From Auanema rhodensis (lineage: Eukaryota; Animalia; Nematoda), in contig OZ059897.1 of assembly GCA_964057225.1 (NCBI GenBank), positions 17,360,001-17,424,000 on the forward strand: a DNA stretch of 64,000 nt, read 5' to 3'. Below are positions 12,634 through 28,365 of this stretch, one piece after another. The stretch's first letter is position 1, and every line of letters starts with the position of its first letter. The notes beneath the pieces were generated by a model. The model was given only the letters and a program-made list of their open reading frames with translations. It did no database searches and had not been told where the DNA came from. The position numbers and the translations under genes were made by a program.

Positions 12634-13336
12634 ATCTCTTTATCTTTCACGGGAAGCGAGTTTCATACCAAGTGCACATCACGTGTACATTTAATTAGCA
12701 TAAATTAAAGTTCACGTAAATTTAAAATCATGGTTACCATGCACCAATATCAATAAAAATCTGTTTTTAGACTAATATGGACTTGGGGAATCTAATTTTG
12801 AAAACCGCATCTCTTTATCTTTCACGGGAAGCGAGTTTCATACCAAGTGCACATCACGTGTACATTTAATTAGCATAAATTAAAGTTCACGTAAATTTCG
12901 AAGTCATGGTTACCATGCACTAATATCAATGAAAATTTGGTTTTAGACTAACATGGATATGGGGAATCTAATTTTGAAAACCGCATCTTTTCATCTTTCA
13001 CGGGAAGCGAGTTTCATACCAAGTGCACATCATGTGTACATTTAATTAGCATAAATTAAAGTTCACGTAAATTTCGAAGTCATGGTTACCATGCACTAAT
13101 ATCAATGAAAATTTGGTTTTAGACTAATATGGATATGGGGAATCTAATTTTGAAAACCGCATCTCTTTATCTTTCACGGGAAGCGAGTTTCATACCAAGT
13201 GCACATCACGTGTACATTTAATTAGCATAAATTAAAGTTCACGTAAATTTCGAAGTCATGGTTACCATGCACTAATATCAATGAAAATTTGGTTTTAGAC
13301 TAATATGGATATGGGGAATCTAATTTTGAAAACCGC

Positions 13337-16300
13337 ATCTTTTCATCTTTCACGGGAAGCGAGTTACATACCGAGTGCACATCGCGTGTACATTTAATTA
13401 GCATAAATTAAAGTTCACGTAAATTTCAAAGTCATGGTTACCATGCATCAATATCAATAAAATATTGTTTTTAGACTAATATGGACTTGGGGAATCTAAT
13501 TTTGAAAACCGCATCTCTTCATCTTTCACGGGAAGCGAGTTACATACCAAGTACACATCACGTGTACATTTAATTAGCATAAATTAAAGTTCACGTAAAT
13601 TTCAAAGTCATGGTTACCATGCACCAATATCAATAAAAAATTGTTTTTAGACTAAGATGGACATGGGGAATCTAATTTTGAAAACCGCATCTCTTTATCT
13701 TTCACGGGAAGCGAGATACATACCGAGTGCACATCGCGTGTACATTTAATTAACATAAATTAAAGTTCACGTAAACTTCAAAGTCATGGTTGCCATGCAC
13801 CAATATCAGTAAAAATTTGGTTTTAGACTAATATGGATATGGGGAATCTAATTTTGAAAACCGCATCTCTTTATCTTTCACGGGAAGCGAGTTTCATACC
13901 AAGTGCACATCACGTGTACATTTAATTAGCATAAATTAAAGTTCACGTAAATTTCAAAGTCATGGTTGCCATGCACCAATATCAATGAAAATTTGTTTTT
14001 AGACTAATATGGACTTGGGGAATCTAATTTTGAAAACCGCATCTCTTTATCTTTCACGGGAAGCGAGTTTCATACCAAGTGCACATCACGTGTACATTTA
14101 ATTAGCATAAATTAAAGTTCACGTAAATTTCAAAATCATGGTTACCATGCACTAATATGAATAAGAATTTGTTTTTAGACTAATATGGACATGGGGAATC
14201 TAATTTTGAAAACCGCATCTTTTTATCTTTCACGGGAAGCGAGTTACATACCGAGTGCACATCACGTGTACATTTAATTAGCATAAATTAAAGTTCACGT
14301 AAATTTCAAAGTCATGGTTACCATGCACCAATATCAATGAAAATTTGTTTTTAGACTAATATGGACATGGGGAATCTAATTTTAAAAACCGCATCTCTTT
14401 ATCTTTCACGGGAAGCTAGTTACATACCGAGTGCACATCGCGTGTACATTTAATTAGCATAAATTAAAGTTCACGTAAATTTCAAAGTCATGGTTACCAT
14501 GCATCAATATCAATAAAATATTGTTTTTAGACTAATATGGACTTGGGGAATCTAATTTTGAAAACCGCATCTCTTCATCTTTCACGGGAAGCGAGTTACA
14601 TACCAAGTACACATCACGTGTACATTTAATTAGCATAAATTAAAGTTCACGTAAATTTCAAAGTCATGGTTACCATGCACCAATATCAATAAAAAATTGT
14701 TTTTAGACTAAGATGGACATGGGGAATCTAATTTTGAAAACCGCATCTCTTTATCTTTCACGGGAAGCGAGATACATACCGAGTGCACATCGCGTGTACA
14801 TTTAATTAACATAAATTAAAGTTCACGTAAACTTCAAAGTCATGGTTGCCATGCACCAATATCAGTAAAAATTTGGTTTTAGACTAATATGGATATGGGG
14901 AATCTAATTTTGAAAACCGCATCTCTTTATCTTTCACGGGAAGCGAGTTTCATACCAAGTGCACATCACGTGTACATTTAATTAGCATAAATTAAAGTTC
15001 ACGTAAATTTCAAAGTCATGGTTGCCATGCACCAATATCAATGAAAATTTGTTTTTAGACTAATATGGACTTGGGGAATCTAATTTTGAAAACCGCATCT
15101 CTTTATCTTTCACGGGAAGCGAGTTTCATACCAAGTGCACATCACGTGTACATTTAATTAGCATAAATTAAAGTTCACGTAAATTTCAAAATCATGGTTA
15201 CCATGCACTAATATGAATCAGAATTTGTTTTTAGACTAATATGGACATGGGGAATCTAATTTTGAAAACCGCATCTTTTTATCTTTCACGGGAAGCGAGT
15301 TACATACCGAGTGCACATCACGTGTACATTTAATTAGCATAAATTAAAGTTCACGTAAATTTCAAAGTCATGGTTACCATGCACCAATATCAATGAAAAT
15401 TTGTTTTTAGACTAATATGGACATGGGGAATCTAATTTTAAAAACCGCATCTCTTTATCTTTCACGGGAAGCGAGTTACATACCGAGTGCACATCGCGTG
15501 TACATTTAATTAGCATAAATTAAAGTTCACGTAAATTTCAAAGTCATGGTTACCATGCATCAATATCAATAAAATATTGTTTTTAGACTAATATGGACTT
15601 GGGGAATCTAATTTTGAAAACCGCATCTCTTCATCTTTCACGGGAAGCGAGTTACATACCAAGTACACATCACGTGTACATTTAATTAGCATAAATTAAA
15701 GTTCACGTAAATTTCAAAGTCATGGTTACCATGCACCAATATCAATAAAAAATTGTTTTTAGACTAAGATGGACATGGGGAATCTAATTTTGAAAACCGC
15801 ATCTCTTTATCTTTCACGGGAAGCGAGATACATACCGAGTGCACATCGCGTGTACATTTAATTAACATAAATTAAAGTTCACGTAAACTTCAAAGTCATG
15901 GTTGCCATGCACCAATATCAGTAAAAATTTGGTTTTAGACTAATATGGATATGGGGAATCTAATTTTGAAAACCGCATCTCTTTATCTTTCACGGGAAGC
16001 GAGTTTCATACCAAGTGCACATCACGTGTACATTTAATTAGCATAAATTAAAGTTCACGTAAATTTCAAAGTCATGGTTGCCATGCACCAATATCAATGA
16101 AAATTTGTTTTTAGACTAATATGGACTTGGGGAATCTAATTTTGAAAACCGCATCTCTTTATCTTTCACGGGAAGCGAGTTTCATACCAAGTGCACATCA
16201 CGTGTACATTTAATTAGCATAAATTGAAGTTCACGTAAATTTAAAATCATGGTTACCATGCACCAATATCGATAACAATTTGTTTTTAGACTAATATGAA

Positions 16301-17383
16301 CATGGTGAATCTAATTTTGAAAACCGCATCTCTTTATCTTTCACGGGGAGCGAGTTTCATACCAAGTGCACATCACGTGTACATTTAATTAGCATAAATT
16401 AAAGTTCACGTAAATTTCAAAGTCATGGTTGCCATGCACCAATATCAATGAAAATTTGTTTTTAGACTAATATGGACTTGGGGAATCTAATTTTGAAAAC
16501 CGCATCTCTTTATCTTTCACGGGAAGCGAGTTTCATACCAAGTGCACATCACGTGTACATTTAATTAGCATAAATTAAAGTTCACGTAAATTTCAAAATC
16601 ATGGTTACCATGCACCAATATCAATGAAAATTTGTTTTTAGACTAATATGGACATGGGGAATCTAATTTTAAAAACCGCATCTCTTTATCTTTCACGGGA
16701 AGCGAGTTACATACCGAGTGCACATCGCGTGTACATTTAATTAGCATAAATTAAAGTTCACGTAAATTTCAAAGTCATGGTTACCATGCATCAATATCAA
16801 TAAAATATTGTTTTTAGACTAATATGGACTTGGGGAATCTAATTTTGAAAACCGCATCTCTTCATCTTTCACGGGAAGCGAGTTACATACCAAGTACACA
16901 TCACGTGTACATTTAATTAGCATAAATTAAAGTTCACGTAAATTTCAAAGTCATGGTTACCATGCACCAATATCAATAAAAAATTGTTTTTAGACTAAGA
17001 TGGACATGGGGAATCTAATTTTGAAAACCGCATCTCTTTATCTTTCACGGGAAGCGAGATACATACCGAGTGCACATCGCGTGTACATTTAATTAACATA
17101 AATTAAAGTTCACGTAAACTTCAAAGTCATGGTTGCCATGCACCAATATCAGTAAAAATTTGGTTTTAGACTAATATGGATATGGGGAATCTAATTTTGA
17201 AAACCGCATCTCTTTATCTTTCACGGGAAGCGAGTTTCATACCAAGTGCACATCACGTGTACATTTAATTAGCATAAATTAAAGTTCACGTAAATTTCAA
17301 AGTCATGGTTGCCATGCACCAATATCAATGAAAATTTGTTTTTAGACTAATATGGACTTGGGGAATCTAATTTTGAAAACCGC
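13337..17383 (+). repeat. 6-mer HOR, 1056 bp (about 2.6 copies), followed by a 7-mer variant (1231 bp)
   Basis: Monomer marked TAACATA / GTAAACTT / ATCAGTAA starts at 13689, 14745, 15801 and 17032. Confidence 0.9.
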
Positions 17384-18963
17384 ATCTCTTTATCTTTCAC
17401 GGGAAGCGAGTTTCATACCAAGTGCACATCACGTGTACATTTAATTAGCATAAATTGAAGTTCACGTAAATTTAAAATCATGGTTACCATGCACCAATAT
17501 CGATAACAATTTGTTTTTAGACTAATATGAACATGGTGAATCTAATTTTGAAAACCGCATCTCTTTATCTTTCACGGGGAGCGAGTTTCATACCAAGTGC
17601 ACATCACGTGTACATTTAATTAGCATAAATTAAAGTTCACGTAAATTTAAAATCATGGTTACCATGCACCAATATCAATGAAAATTTGTTTTTAGACTGA
17701 TATGGACTTGGGGAATCTAATTTTGAAAACCGCATCTCTTTATCTTTCACGGGAAGCGAGTTTCATACAAGTGCACATCACGTGTACATTTAATTAGCAT
17801 AAATTAAAGTTCACGTAAATTTCGAAGTCATGGTTACCATGCACTAATATGAATAAGAATTTGTTTTTAGACTAATATGGACATGGGGAATCTAATTTTG
17901 AAAACCGCATCTTTTTATCTTTCACGGGAAGCGAGTTACATACCGAGTGCACATCACGTGTACATTTAATTAGCATAAATTAAAGTTCACGTAAATTTCA
18001 AAGTCATGGTTACCATGCACCAATATCAATGAAAATTTGTTTTTAGACTAATATGGACATGGGGAATCTAATTTTAAAAACCGCATCTCTTTATCTTTCA
18101 CGGGAAGCGAGTTACATACCGAGTGCACATCACGTGTACATTTAATTAGCATAAATTAAAGTTCATGTAAATTTCAAAGTCATGGTTACCATGCATCAAT
18201 ATCAATAAAATATTGTTTTTAGACTAATATGGACTTGGGGAATCTAATTTTGAAAACCGCATCTCTTTATCTTTCACGGGAAGCGAGTTTCATACCAAGT
18301 GCACATCACGTGTACATTTAATTAGCATAAATTAAAGTTCACGTAAATTTCAAAATCATGGTTGCCATGCACCAATATCAATAAAAATATGTTTTCAGAC
18401 TAATATGGACATGGGGAATCTAATTTTGAAAACCGCATCTCTTCATCTTTCACGGGAAGCGAGTTACATACCAAGTACACATCACGTGTACATTTAATTA
18501 GCATAAATTAAAGTTCACGTAAATTTCAAAGTCATGGTTACCATGCACCAATATCAATAAAATATTGTTTTTAGACTAATATGGACTTGGGGAATCTAAT
18601 TTTGAAAACCGCATCTCTTTATCTTTCACGGGAAGCGAGTTTCATACCAAGTGCACATCACGTGTACATTTAATTAGCATAAATTAAAGTTCACGTAAAT
18701 TTAAAATCATGGTTACCATGCACCAATATCAATAAAAATCTGTTTTTAGACTAATATGGACTTGGGGAATCTAATTTTGAAAACCGCATCTCTTTATCTT
18801 TCACGGGAAGCGAGTTTCATACCAAGTGCACATCATGTGTACATTTAATTAGCATAAATTAAAGTTCACGTAAATTTCGAAGTCATGGTTACCATGCACT
18901 AATATCAATGAAAATTTGGTTTTAGACTAATATGGATATGGGGAATCTAATTTTGAAAACCGC

Positions 18964-21425
18964 ATCTTTTCATCTTTCACGGGAAGCGAGTTTCATACCA
19001 AGTGCACATCACGTGTACATTTAATTAGCATAAATTAAAGTTCACGTAAATTTCGAAGTCATGGTTACCATGCACTAATATCAATGAAAATTTGGTTTTA
19101 GACTAATATGGATATGGGGAATCTAATTTTGAATACCGCATCTCTTTATCTTTCACGGGAAGCGAGTTTCATACCAAGTGCACATCACGTGTACATTTAA
19201 TTAGCATAAATTAAAGTTCACGTAAATTTCGAAGTCATGGTTACCATGCACTAATATCAATGAAAATTTGGTTTTAGACTAATATGGATATGGGGAATCT
19301 AATTTTGAAAACCGCATCTTTTCATCTTTCACGGGAAGCGAGTTACATACCGAGTGCACATCGCGTGTACATTTAATTAGCATAAATTAAAGTTCACGTA
19401 AATTTCAAAGTCATGGTTACCATGCATCAATATCAATAAAATATTGTTTTTAGACTAATATGGACTTGGGGAATCTAATTTTGAAAACCGCAACTCTTTA
19501 TCTTTCACGGGAAGCGAGTTTTATACCAAGTGCACATCACGTGTACATTTAATTAGCATAAATTAAAGTTCACGTAAATTTCAAAATCATGGTTACCATG
19601 CACCAATATCAATAAAAATTTGTTTTCAGACTAATATGGTCATGTGGAATCTAATTTTGAAAACCGCATCTCTTCATCTTTCACGGGAAGCGAGTTACAT
19701 ACCAAGTACACATCACGTGTACATTTAATTAGCATAAATTAAAGTTCACGTAAATTTCAAAGTCATGGTTACCATGCACTAATATCAATGAAAATTTGGT
19801 TTTAGACTAATATGGATATGGGGAATCCAATTTTGAAAACCGCATCTTTTCATCTTTCACGGGAAGCGAGTTACATACCAAGGGCACATCACGTGTACAT
19901 TTAATTAGCATAAATTGAAGTTCACGTAAATTTCAAAGTCATGGTTACCATGCACCAATATCAATAAAAATTTGTTTTTAGACTAATATAGACATGAGGA
20001 ACCTAATTTTGAAAATCGCATCTCTTTATCTTTCACGGGAAGCGAGTTTCATACAAGTGCACATCACGTGTACATTTAATTAGCATAAATTGAAGTTCAC
20101 GTGAATTTCAAAGTCATGGTTACCATGCACCAATATGAATAAGAATTTGTTTTTAGACTAATGTGGACATGGGGAATCTAATTTTGAAAACCGCATCTCT
20201 TTATCTTTCACGGGAAGCGAGATACATACCGAGTGCACATCGCGTGTACATTTAATTAGCATAAATTAAAGTTCACGTACATTTCAAAGTCATGGTTGCC
20301 ATGCACCAATATCAATAAAAATTTGGTTTTAGACTAATATGGATATGGGGAATCTAATTTTGAAAACCGCATCTCTTTATCTTTCACGGGAAGCGAGTTT
20401 CATACCAAGTGCACATCACGTGTACATTTAATTAGCATAAATTAAAGTTCACGTAAATTTCGAAGTCATGGTTACCATGCACTAATATCAATGAAAATTT
20501 GGTTTTAGACTAATATGGATATGGGGAATCTAATTTTGAAAACCGCATCTTTTCATCTTTCACGGGAAGCGAGTTACATACCGAGTGCACATCGCGTGTA
20601 CATTTAATTAGCATAAATTAAAGTTCACGTAAATTTCAAAGTCATGGTTACCATGCAGCAATATCAATAAAATATTGTTTTTAGACTTATATGGACTTGG
20701 GGAATCTAATTTTGAAAACCGCAACTCTTTATCTTTCACGGGAAGCGAGTTTTATACCAAGTGCACATCACGTGTACATTTAATTAGCATAAATTAAAGT
20801 TCACGTAAATTTCAAAATCATGGTTACCATGCACCAATATCAATAAAAATTTGTTTTCAGACTAATATGGTCATTTGGAATCTAATTTTGAAAACCGCAT
20901 CTCTTCATCTTTCACGGGAAGCGAGTTACATACCAAGTACACATCACGTGTACATTTAATTAGCATAAATTAAAGTTCACGTAAATTTCAAAGTCATGGT
21001 TACCATGCACTAATATCAATGAAAATTTGGTTTTAGACTAATATGGATATGGGGAATCCAATTTTGAAAACCGCATCTTTTCATCTTTCACGGGAAGCGA
21101 GTTACATACCAAGGGCACATCACGTGTACATTTAATTAGCATAAATTGAAGTTCACGTAAATTTCAAAGTCATGGTTACCATGCACCAATATCAATAAAA
21201 ATGTGTTTTTAGACTAATATAGACATGGGGAACCTAATTTTGAAAATCGCATCTCTTTATCTTTCACGGGAAGCGAGTTTCATACAAGTGCACATCACGT
21301 GTACATTTAATTAGCATAAATTAAAGTTCACGTAAATTTCAAAGTCATGGTTACCATGCACCAATATCAATAAAAATTTGTTTTTAGACTAATATGGATA
21401 TGGGGAATCTAATTTTGAAAACCGC
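18964..21425 (+). repeat. Return of the 8-mer HOR family seen at 1-4573 (B-B-C-D-E-F-G-A, then a 7-mer variant)
   Basis: GAATACC at ~19131, ATCCAA, ACCTAA and GTACATTTC markers in the same order; A at 20195; C-to-C spacing 19316 to 20547 = 1231 bp. Confidence 0.87.
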
Positions 21426-24414
21426 ATCTTTTCATCTTTCACGGGAAGCGAGTTACATACCGAGTGCACATCACGTGTACATTTAATTAGCATAAATTAA
21501 AGTTCACGTAAATTTCAAAATCATGGTTACCATGCATCAATATCAATAAAAATTTGGTTTTAGACTAATATGGATATGGGGAATCTAATTTTGAAAACCG
21601 CATCTCTTTATCTTTCACGGGAAGCGAGTTTCATACCAAGTGCACATCACGTGTACATATAATTAGCATAAATTAAAGTTCACGTAAATTTAAAATCATG
21701 GTTACCATGCACCAATATCAATAAAAATCTGTTTTTAGACTAATATGGACTTGGGGAATCTAATTTTGAAAACCGCATCTCTTTATCTTTCACGGGAAGC
21801 GAGTTTCATACCAAGTGCACATCATGTGTACATTTAATTAGCATAAATTAAAGTTCACGTAAATTTCGAAGTCATGGTTACCATGCACTAATATCAATGA
21901 AAATTTGGTTTTAGACTAATATGGATATGGGGAATCTAATTTTGAAAACTGCATCTCTTTATCTTTCACGGGAAGCGAGTTTCATACCAAGTGCACATCA
22001 CGTGTACATTTAATTAGCATAAATTAAAGTTCACGTAAATTTCGAAGTCATGGTTACCATGCACTAATATCAATGAAAATTTGGTTTTAGACTAATATGG
22101 ATATGGGGAATCTAATTTTGAAAACCGCATCTCTTTATCTTTCACGGGAAGCGAGTTTCATACCAAGTGCACATCACGTGTACATTTAATTAGCATAAAT
22201 TAAAGTTCACGTAAATTTCGAAGTCATGGTTACCATGCACTAATATCAATGAAAATTTGGTTTTAGACTAATATGGATATGGGGAATCTAATTTTGAAAA
22301 CCGCATCTTTTCATCTTTCACGGGAAGCGAGTTACATACCGAGTGCACATCGCGTGTACATTTAATTAGCATAAATTAAAGTTCACGTAAATTTCAAAGT
22401 CATGGTTACCATGCATCAATATCAATAAAATATTGTTTTTAGACTAATATGGACTTGGGGAATCTAATTTTGAAAACCGCAACTCTTTATCTTTCACGGG
22501 AAGCGAGTTTTATACCAAGTGCACATCACGTGTACATTTAATTAGCATAAATTAAAGTTCACGTAAATTTCAAAATCATGGTTACCATGCACCAATATCA
22601 ATAAAAATTTGTTTTCAGACTAATATGGTCATGTGGAATCTAATTTTGAAAACCGCATCTCTTCATCTTTCACGGGAAGCGAGTTACATACCAAGTACAC
22701 ATCACGTGTACATTTAATTAGCATAAATTAAAGTTCACGTAAATTTCAAAGTCATGGTTACCATGCACTAATATCAATGAAAATTTGGTTTTAGACTAAT
22801 ATGGATATGGGGAATCTAATTTTGAAAACCGCATCTTTTCATCTTTCACGGGAAGCGAGTTACATACCAAGGGCACATCACGTGTACATTTAATTAGCAT
22901 AAATTAAAGTTCACGTAAATTTCAAAATCATGGTTACCATGCATCAATATCAATAAAATATTGTTTTTAGACTAATATGGACTTGGGGAATCTAATTTTG
23001 AAAACCGCATCTCTTTACCTTTCACGGGAAGCGAGTTTCATACCAAGTGCACATCACGTGTACATTTAATTAGCATAAATTAAAGTTCACGTAAATTTAA
23101 AATCATGGTTACCATGCACCAATATCAATAAAAATCTGTTTTTAGACTAATATGGACTTGGGGAATCTAATTTTGAAAACCGCATCTCTTTATCTTTCAC
23201 GGGAAGCGAGTTTCATACCAAGTGCACATCACGTGTACATTTAATTAGCATAAATTAAAGTTCACGTAAATTTCGAAGTCATGGTTACCATGCACTAATA
23301 TCAATGAAAATTTGATTTTAGACTAATATGGATATGGGGAATCTAATTTTGAAAACCGCATCTCTTTATCTTTCACGTGAAGCGAGTTACATACCAAGTG
23401 CACATCACGTGTACATTTAATTAGCATAAATTAAAGTTCACGTAAATATCAAAGTCATGGTTACCATGCACGAATATCAATAAAAATTTGTTTTTAGACT
23501 AATATGGATATGGGGAATCTAATTTTGAAAACCGCATTTTTTCATCTTTCACGGGAAGCGAGTTACATACCGAGTGCACATCGCGTGTACATTTAATTAG
23601 CATAAATTAAAGTTCACGTAAATTTCAAAGTCATGGTTACCATGCATCAATATCAATAAAATATTGTTTTTAGACTAATATGGACTTGGGGAATCCAATT
23701 TTGAAAACCGCATCTCTTTATCTTTCACGGGAAGCGAGTTTCATACCAAGTGCACATCACGTGTACATTTAATTAGCATAAATTAAAGTTCACGTAAATT
23801 TAAAATCATGGTTACCATGCACCAATATCAATAAAAATCTGTTTTTAGACTAATATGGACTTGGGGAATCTAATTTTGAAAACCGCATCTCTTTATCTTT
23901 CACGGGAAGCGAGTTTCATACCAAGTGCACATCACGTGTACATTTAATTAGCATAAATTAAAGTTCACGTAAATTTCGAAGTCATGGTTACCATGCATCA
24001 ATATCAATAAAATATTGTTTTTAGACTAATATGGACTTGGGGAATCTAATTTTGAAAACCGCATCTCTTTATCTTTCACGGGAAGCGAGTTTCATACCAA
24101 GTGCACATCACGTGTACATTTAATTAGCATAAATTAAAGTTCACGTAAATTTCGAAGTCATGGTTACCATGCACTAATATCAATGAAAATTTGGTTTTAG
24201 ACTAATATGGATATGGGGAATCTAATTTTGAAAACCGCATCTCTTTATCTTTCACGGGAAGCGAGTTTCATACCAAGTGCACATCACGTGTACATTTAAT
24301 TAGCATAAATTAAAGTTCACGTAAATTTCGAAGTCATGGTTACCATGCACTAATATCAATGAAAATTTGGTTTTAGACTAATATGGATATGGGGAATCTA
24401 ATTTTGAAAACCGC

Positions 24415-24559
24415 ATCTTTTCATCTTTCACGGGAAGCGAGTTACATACCGAGTGCACATCGCGTGTACATTTAATTAGCATAAATTAAAGTTCACGTAA
24501 ATTTCAAAGTCATGGTTACCATGCACCAATATCAATAAAAATCCAATTTTGAGAACCGC
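24415..24559 (+). repeat. 145-bp deletion monomer, copy 2
   Basis: Same AAAAATCCAATTTTGAGAACC junction; next monomer at 24560. Confidence 0.95.
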
Positions 24560-25790
24560 ATCTCTTTATCTTTCACGGGAAGCGAGTTTCATACCAAGTG
24601 CACATCACGTGTACATTTAATTAGCTTAAATTAAAGTTCACGTAAATTTAAAATCATGGTTACCATGCACCAATATCAATAAAAATCTGTTTTTAGACTA
24701 ATATGGACTTGGGGAATCTAATTTTGAAAACCGCATCTCTTTATCTTTCACGGGAAGCGAGTTTCATACCAAGTGCACATCACGTGTACATTTAATTAGC
24801 ATAAATTAAAGTTCACATAAATTTCGAAGTCATGGTTACCATGCACTAATATCAATGAAAATTTGGTTTTAGACTAATATGGATATGGGGAATCTAATTT
24901 TGAAAACCGCATCTTTTCATCTTTCACGGGAAGCGAGTTTCATACCAAGTGCACATCATGTGTACATTTAATTAGCATAAATTAAAGTTCACGTAAATTT
25001 CGAAGTCATGGTTACCATGCACTAATATCAATGAAAATTTGGTTTTAGACTAATATGGATATGGGGAATCTAATTTTGAAAACCGCATCTCTTTATCTTT
25101 CACGGGAAGCGAGTTTCATACCAAGTGCACATCACGTGTACATTTAATTAGCATAAATTAAAGTTCACGTAAATTTCGAAGTCATGGTTACCATGCACTA
25201 ATATCAATGAAAATTTGGTTTTAGACTAATATGGATATGGGGAATCTAATTTTGAAAACCGCATCTTTTCATCTTTCACGGGAAGCGAGTTACATACCAA
25301 GTGCACATCACGTGTACATTTAATTAGCATAAATTAAAGTTCACGTAAATTTCGAAGTCATGGTTACCATGCATCAATATCAATAAAATATTGTTTTTAG
25401 ACTAATATGGACTTGGGGAATCTAATTTTGAAAACCGCATCTCTTTATCTTTCACGGGAAGCGAGTTTCATACCAAGTGCACATCACGTGTACATTTAAT
25501 TAGCATAAATTAAAGTTCACGTAAATTTCGAAGTCATGGTTACCATGCACTAATATCAATGAAAATTTGGTTTTAGACTAATATGGATATGGGGAATCTA
25601 ATTTTGAAAACCGCATCTCTTTATCTTTCACGGGAAGCGAGTTTCATACCAAGTGCACATCACGTGTACATTTAATTAGCATAAATTAAAGTTCACGTAA
25701 ATTTCGAAGTCATGGTTACCATGCACTAATATCAATGAAAATTTGGTTTTAGACTAATATGGATATGGGGAATCTAATTTTGAAAACCGC

Positions 25791-25935
25791 TTCTTTTCAT
25801 CTTTCACGGGAAGCGAGTTACATACCGAGTGCACATCGCGTGTACATTTAATTAGCATAAATTAAAGTTCACGTAAAATTCAAAGTCATGGTTACCATGC
25901 ACCAATATCAATAAAAATCCAATTTTGAGAACCGC
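25791..25935 (+). repeat. 145-bp deletion monomer, copy 3
   Basis: Same junction; next monomer at 25936. Confidence 0.95.
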
Positions 25936-28220
25936 ATCTCTTTATCTTTCACGGGAAGCGAGTTTCATACCAAGTGCACATCACGTGTACATTTAATTAG
26001 CTTAAATTAAAGTTCACGTAAATTTAAAATCATGGTTACCATGCACCAATATCAATAAAAATCTGTTTTTAGACTAATATGGACTTGGGGAATCTAATTT
26101 TGAAAACCGCATCTCTTTATCTTTCACGGGAAGCGAGTTTCATACCAAGTGCACATCACGTGTACATTTAATTAGCATAAATTAAAGTTCACATAAATTT
26201 CGAAGTCATGGTTACCATGCACTAATATCAATGAAAATTTGGTTTTAGACTAATATGGATATGGGGAATCTAATTTTGAAAACCGCATCTTTTCATCTTT
26301 CACGGGAAGCGAGTTTCATACCAAGTGCACATCATGTGTACATTTAATTAGCATAAATTAAAGTTCACGTAAATTTCGAAGTCATGGTTACCATGCACTA
26401 ATATCAATGAAAATTTGGTTTTAGACTAATATGGATATGGGGAATCTAATTTTGAAAACCGCATCTCTTTATCTTTCACGGGAAGCGAGTTTCATACCAA
26501 GTGCACATCACGTGTACATTTAATTAGCATAAATTAAAGTTCACGTAAATTTCGAAGTCATGGTTACCATGCACTAATATCAATGAAAATTTGGTTTTAG
26601 ACTAATATGGATATGGGGAATCTAATTTTGAAAACCGCATCTTTTCATCTTTCACGGGAAGCGAGTTACATACCGAGTGCACATTGCGTGTACATTTAAT
26701 TAGCATAAATTAAAGTTCACGTAAATTTCAAAATCATGGTTACCATGCATCAATATCAATAAAATATTGTTTTTAGACTAATATGGACTTGGGGAATCTA
26801 ATTTTGAAAACCGCATCTCTTTACCTTTCACGGGAAGCGAGTTTCATACCAAGTGCACATCACGTGTACATTTAATTAGCATAAATTAAAGTTCACGTAA
26901 ATTTAAAATCATGGTTACCATGCACCAATATCAATAAAAATCTGTTTTTAGACTAATATGGACTTGGGGAATCTAATTTTGAAAACCGCATCTCTTTATC
27001 TTTCACGGGAAGCGAGTTTCATACCAAGTGCACATCACGTGTACATTTAATTAGCATAAATTAAAGTTCACGTAAATTTCGAAGTCATGGTTACCATGCA
27101 CTAATATCAATGAAAATTTGATTTTAGACTAATATGGATATGGGGAATCTAATTTTGAAAACCGCATCTCTTTATCTTTCACGTGAAGCGAGTTACATAC
27201 CAAGTGCACATCACGTGTACATTTAATTAGCATAAATTAAAGTTCACGTAAATATCAAAGTCATGGTTACCATGCACGAATATCAATAAAAATTTGTTTT
27301 TAGACTAATATGGATATGGGGAATCTAATTTTGAAAACCGCATTTTTTCATCTTTCACGGGAAGCGAGTTACATACCGAGTGCACATCGCGTGTACATTT
27401 AATTAGCATAAATTAAAGTTCACGTAAATTTCAAAGTCATGGTTACCATGCATCAATATCAATAAAATATTGTTTTTAGACTAATATGGACTTGGGGAAT
27501 CCAATTTTGAAAACCGCATCTCTTTATCTTTCACGGGAAGCGAGTTTCATACCAAGTGCACATCACGTGTACATTTAATTAGCATAAATTAAAGTTCACG
27601 TAAATTTAAAATCATGGTTACCATGCACCAATATCAATAAAAATCTGTTTTTAGACTAATATGGACTTGGGGAATCTAATTTTGAAAACCGCATCTCTTT
27701 ATCTTTCACGGGAAGCGAGTTTCATACCAAGTGCACATCACGTGTACATTTAATTAGCATAAATTAAAGTTCACGTAAATTTCGAAGTCATGGTTACCAT
27801 GCATCAATATCAATAAAATATTGTTTTTAGACTAATATGGATATGGGGAATCTAATTTTGAAAACCGCATCTCTTTATCTTTCACGGGAAGCGAGTTTCA
27901 TACCAAGTGCACATCACGTGTACATTTAATTAGCATAAATTAAAGTTCACGTAAATTTCGAAGTCATGGTTACCATGCACTAATATCAATGAAAATTTGG
28001 TTTTAGACTAATATGGATATGGGGAATCTAATTTTGAAAACCGCATCTCTTTATCTTTCACGGGAAGCGAGTTTCATACCAAGTGCACATCACGTGTACA
28101 TTTAATTAGCATAAATTAAAGTTCACGTAAATTTCGAAGTCATGGTTACCATGCACTAATATCAATGAAAATTTGGTTTTAGACTAATATGGATATGGGG
28201 AATCTAATTTTGAAAACCAC

Positions 28221-28365
28221 ATCTTTTCATCTTTCACGGGAAGCGAGTTACATACCGAGTGCACATCGCGTGTACATTTAATTAGCATAAATTAAAGTTC
28301 ACGTAAATTTCAAAGTCATGGTTACCATGCACCAATATCAATAAAAATCCAATTTTGAGAACCGC
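28221..28365 (+). repeat. 145-bp deletion monomer, copy 4
   Basis: Same junction; next monomer at 28366. Confidence 0.95.
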
